64,000 bases of DNA from Neodothiora populina (Eukaryota): positions 1,240,001 to 1,304,000 of the forward strand of contig NW_027191404.1 in NCBI RefSeq assembly GCF_041146345.1, read 5' to 3'. This document shows positions 59,858 through 64,000 of this stretch, in pieces. The notes below the pieces were generated by a model. It had not been told where the DNA came from. It did no database searches and saw only the letters and a list, made by a program, of their open reading frames with translations. The position numbers were made by a program, and so were the translations under genes. How positions within the stretch are numbered: position 1 is the stretch's first letter; the number at the start of each line of letters is the position of its first letter.

Positions 59858-60850
59858 GGGAGGCAGATCGCTGATCGCAGTTCGCGTTAGTGTAGGCGCT
59901 GATGACTTGAGGATCGCGAACGCCGAAACAGTTTGCGGATCATGAACACCATCGAAACCCAGGAATGCACTGATTTATATGCGCTTCAAGTTCACAAAGA
60001 TAGCCTTCCGTATGCCGTCCTACACTTAGGCAACCACAGCACTGAAACCAACTACTGTAGGTACCTACTTCCTACTCTGTACAATACATAGACAACGCAT
60101 CACAACCTGGATACTATACCGATGGAAACAAGGATTTAGCGCAATGATAGCGCTTGATTGGCAAAGCTTAGCAAGGCGTTGCAATCGGACTCGATCCCTG
60201 ACTGTGGCTGATGGAAAACCATGAAAACCCCCTTTGGAAAGTGTAAATTGGTTGTTATTAGTGCACTCGGAAGTCACGGACTTTCTGCTTCTGTCGCGAT
60301 TTCACTGCTGAGCAAGGCCCAGTATGTATATTCGACTGTAGTCTCTAGTCGAGGCCAATATAGATTGTATATCGGAGCGCGATGCGATCACAGTTACTCC
60401 GTACACCGGTGTATCTCCCAGACATGTCCTCGAAAGTACTGTGTGATAACCAGTCCGTGTGGCGTTGTGGAGCCCCTTTGTCCGCTACTAACTCACCTTA
60501 ATCCTTGACCTGTTCGGCGATGACGTCGATCGTGGCTGTTTCCATGTTTACATGCCGTGTCGCATATGAAGTCGATCATTCACACGAAACTCATTTCCTT
60601 TCCTGAGTTAAAACATCGCTCTCTCTTCCTCTCCTATCCACCTACCATCGCATTACTATCAAGGGTCAACAAAGAAAACACACACAGAGTGTTTCGTTTG
60701 TGTGCTGTGTTGGCGTAGCTCTTGACTTCCATATTATCTTAGGGTCGTTATTTGATTCGGATTGGCAGACTTGGCAAGACTCTTTTCGCAGGGCAAGCAT
60801 TTCAACTCGTATCTTATCCAGGCAAGGCTCGGCCTGTCACAACGACGATT

Positions 60851-62633
60851 ATGCCTTCTATTACGCGTCAAGCATTGCTTGAAGCCTCACTGTTCTCTTT
60901 ACTCGCTTCTGCTTCCCCAGCGCCCACTGCGCGTGCCAACAATGTTGCCCCACGGGATCCCGCAATTACCCCTTCTCCTGTGGAGCGAAATCCATCTCGC
61001 GTCGTAGGTCGGAATATCTTGGACGATGTCACTTCGGACATCGGCAATATCCTCTCCGGTCTTGGATCCGATCTACCTTCATGGGTTGCTTCAGGAGTGC
61101 CCAATTACTTCCAAGGTAAGTCGTGTTGATCGTTCTGTTGGAGCCATAGTTGCTGTTCGGACTGTGTCCACCACATCTGCGAGCACAGATGTAGAGGTGT
61201 CAGCCTCAACACTTCTATCCAGAGCTAAGTATGCACAACAGGTTTTCCCACGGGCGACTCTGTCAAGAGCTCTCTGGGCATAGACGACGCTCAAGTGGCT
61301 GCTCTGCCTACCAATGTCCTCAACGTTGACCCTTATGCCAACTGGACGGAGTCAGGGTGGAATGTGCGCTTCCACGGAAACGTTTACAAGCAGCCAAACA
61401 CCTCTGTTGAGGATTTGAACAAGCTTGCTGACGTCTTCCTTGTCAACACAAGCATCGCGGACCTTCCCGAGAACCAAGCAAACCAGGCTCGCAATGTCAC
61501 CGCTGAGATTTTTGTCATTCAGCAAGACAATGTCGCAGTGAACACGATCCATCTCGAACCCGCTTCAGGCCAGGGTGGCGATGGCCAGCCTGGAGGCGGT
61601 GGTGGCTTGACCAACACACCTGGAGGCACACAGGACGTCACCTTGCCTTACAACACTACCTTCGAGGGCGACTTCGACGCTTTTGTTCCCATCAAAAGCA
61701 ACGGACTCATCGCTGGTAACGAAACTTCGGACATCCAGAGGCTCAACACCTATGTCGAGGGCGCCAGCATTGGAAACGGCACTGCATACCTCGTCCCTCC
61801 CACTGGTCTGACTGTTGTTTCCGATATTGACGATATTCTTCGTATTACCAAGATTTATGAACCAGCGCAAGGACTACTGAACTCGTTTGCACGCCCTTTC
61901 ACTGCTTGGGAGAACATGCCCGAGATTTATGCCAACTGGTCCGCCAGCCTCCCGCACATGCATTTCCACTACTTGTGAGTCACTACAATTCAGGCACCCA
62001 CTTCGAGATATTCACTAATCCTCGCATAGGACTACGCTCCCCGAGCAAGTTACGAGAAACTACATGGAGTTCATCTATGCCAACTACCCTGGTGGATCCT
62101 TCGACACTCGTCCCTTGAACTTCAGTGATGTTTCGGCTACCTTGTCGATTCGCAAGTTCCTCTTGCAGAAAGTCTTCGAGACATTTCCTGAGCGAAAGTT
62201 CATCCTCGTTGCGGATACTAGCAACAGCGATGTCATGAAGGATTATCCCCTAATGGCCACTGAGTTTCCTGGACAAGTGCAGTGCATTTTCTTGAGAAAC
62301 ACCAGCGGCACCGATCCGGGTGATAAATTCCCCTACGATACTTCTGGATTCAAGGATCTGAACCAGTCGATGTACATGTTCTTCTTACACCCCGATGATC
62401 TCACCAACTTGGATATCGCCAATGGCCAGTGCTACAACCAGTCAATTCCTCAAAACCTCACCTTCGGTTATCAAGGACTTCCTCTGGGTCTGGGTTCTGA
62501 CCCTACTGCAATCAATGGATCGGCAAACCACACTGGAGCTGCTGCTGGATTGTCCACTAAGGAGACGGCCAGCGCACAAAGCTTGATGGCCCTCGTTGCA
62601 GCACTGTTCGCTGCAACGTTCATGTTCTTGTAG
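60851..62633 (+). CDS. Secreted, probably GPI-anchored protein with App1-like (DUF2183) phosphatidate-phosphatase domain; introns 61116-61241 and 61975-62029
   Basis: Signal peptide; motifs VVSDIDDILRIT, HFHYL|TT, FPERKFILVADT, CIFLRN; small-residue omega region and hydrophobic C-terminal tail. Confidence 0.82.
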
Positions 62634-63634
62634 GACCACGCAGATACGACTAACGTTCATAATGTACATAGCTTTTGTAAATTCTAGATCATGCGTTCTT
62701 GATCATCTCCCAACAAAATTGGTCTTTCAACACTCGAGCATAGTTGAGTGCTATCATCCGCGCAGATTGTCATCACGCACATCTATGGGCTAACTGTCGT
62801 CCAAGTTTTCTGCTCGCAGGTAGTCCTGCTCAAATGAGGGGTGCCTGCGTGCAAGCAGATGGATCTGCAGGACACTTGGTTCATTCGATGCTTGTAAGCC
62901 CATGCAAAAGCGAATATCGACTTGCCGGACATCAAAGAAGTGAAGTCAAAGATAGAGTATTGTCCCGAACCGACAAAATAACGACTGTGCGTAAGGTGAT
63001 AACGCTCGGGCCGTTATGGAGAGACCCTCGGAGTTTCGACACAAACCGAACAACGCTCGCCAAAGCACTGGTACAAGCTTACTATCACAACATATCGGCC
63101 ATCTCCGTTTCGTCGACTAATGCTTTGCTCTAGACTTTCGCCGGATCTCTGAATGCTATGAGAGCACAAGTGCTGATCTCCCCTTCTCGACTGCTGATGC
63201 CGTATAGCCCTGTGAACATACTGCTAAAATTTATGTAACATCTACTTCTGAGGTGGATGGTGCATTTCAACAACAGCGAACCGAGGATCAGGGCACATCA
63301 CGATTGGCCAGTTGTGACCTGTCTAACACACTTTACACAGATGCTCTCGCCTTTTTACCTTCGTGGCAGGTCACGCTTGCCGACTATACTCCTCGGCTGA
63401 TTGATAATACCTCATACATTTCAATGACTCCCACAATTCGAGTGAGACTTGTTGCACTTCGCGAAAATGGTCCCAACATGACTGACAATCGGCTTGCGAT
63501 TTCGGAGGTCGGGACTGTGAATCACATTGTTTTCTTACTGTATAAGGAGCTCTGAGTCCTTTCACTTTTTCGAAGTATGAGTCTTCGCCAGCTATCTTAC
63601 TCATAGATCTTTGAATCTCGACGGTAACGCGACC

Positions 63635-64000
63635 ATGGCTGAGCACACAAGTGGAGCGACAGAGTGAGTATCAGGCCTTCCTACCTGTACGCATCGACTC
63701 GTCCCTAATTATCCACAATAGAGTACAGGCGCAGACCTTGGAATCATACATCCACAAAGATGCGGCCGCAGAAGTTGATCCTATCTCTAAGACGGAAGTC
63801 GAATATGATGGAACTGTATCCATTGCAACTGACGACGATCGAGTCACTCCCGATGGCGATGAACCAACCGAAAAGGAGCTACAGACTCTACGCAAAGTTG
63901 CGGACAAGCTGCCCTGGTCTGCCTATCTCGTAGCAGTCGTCGAGCTCTGCGAAAGGTTCACCTATTATGGCCTTTCGGGTCCATTTCAGAATTATATGGC
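63635..64000 (+). CDS. PTR2: POT/PTR2-family oligopeptide transporter, 5' part only (runs off the window); intron about 63664-63721
   Basis: LRKVADKLPWSAYLVAVVELCERFTYYGLSGPFQNY contains the ExxERFxYYG signature. Confidence 0.88.

Noticed and set aside
54726..64000. P450 + GNAT + transporter as a secondary-metabolite cluster
   Set aside because: No backbone synthase or cluster transcription factor in the window, and housekeeping AIM24 is interspersed.

Overview
Gene-dense window of a filamentous ascomycete (Pezizomycotina-type) nuclear genome. Short GT-AG introns with CTRAC/CTRAY branch points are present throughout. I can support about 20 protein-coding genes: BUB1/MadBub, a conserved hypothetical protein, DRN1/CWF19L1, UTP20, VTC4, CUL3, ZIM17, OST1, a pseudouridine glycosidase-kinase fusion, a divergent SNF2/RING helicase, a GH128/Asl1-like glucanase, RQC2, RET3, a mitochondrial PPR-like protein, a small ORF, a CYP52-like P450, AIM24, a Ttr-like GNAT, a secreted GPI-type App1-like phosphatase and the 5' end of a PTR2/POT transporter. 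Exon structures were reconstructed by hand from splice signals and recalled protein families; no database search was run. I found no rRNA, tRNA, CRISPR array or intact transposon. Oddities worth checking: a -1 frameshift in UTP20, a stop-containing intron exactly between the two domains of the pseudouridine fusion gene, apparent introns in the RQC2 3' UTR, a GC-AG intron in AIM24, a stop-free 3n intron in RET3, and a recurrent C-rich to G-rich skew switch near gene 3' ends. I saw no clearly novel multi-gene system.
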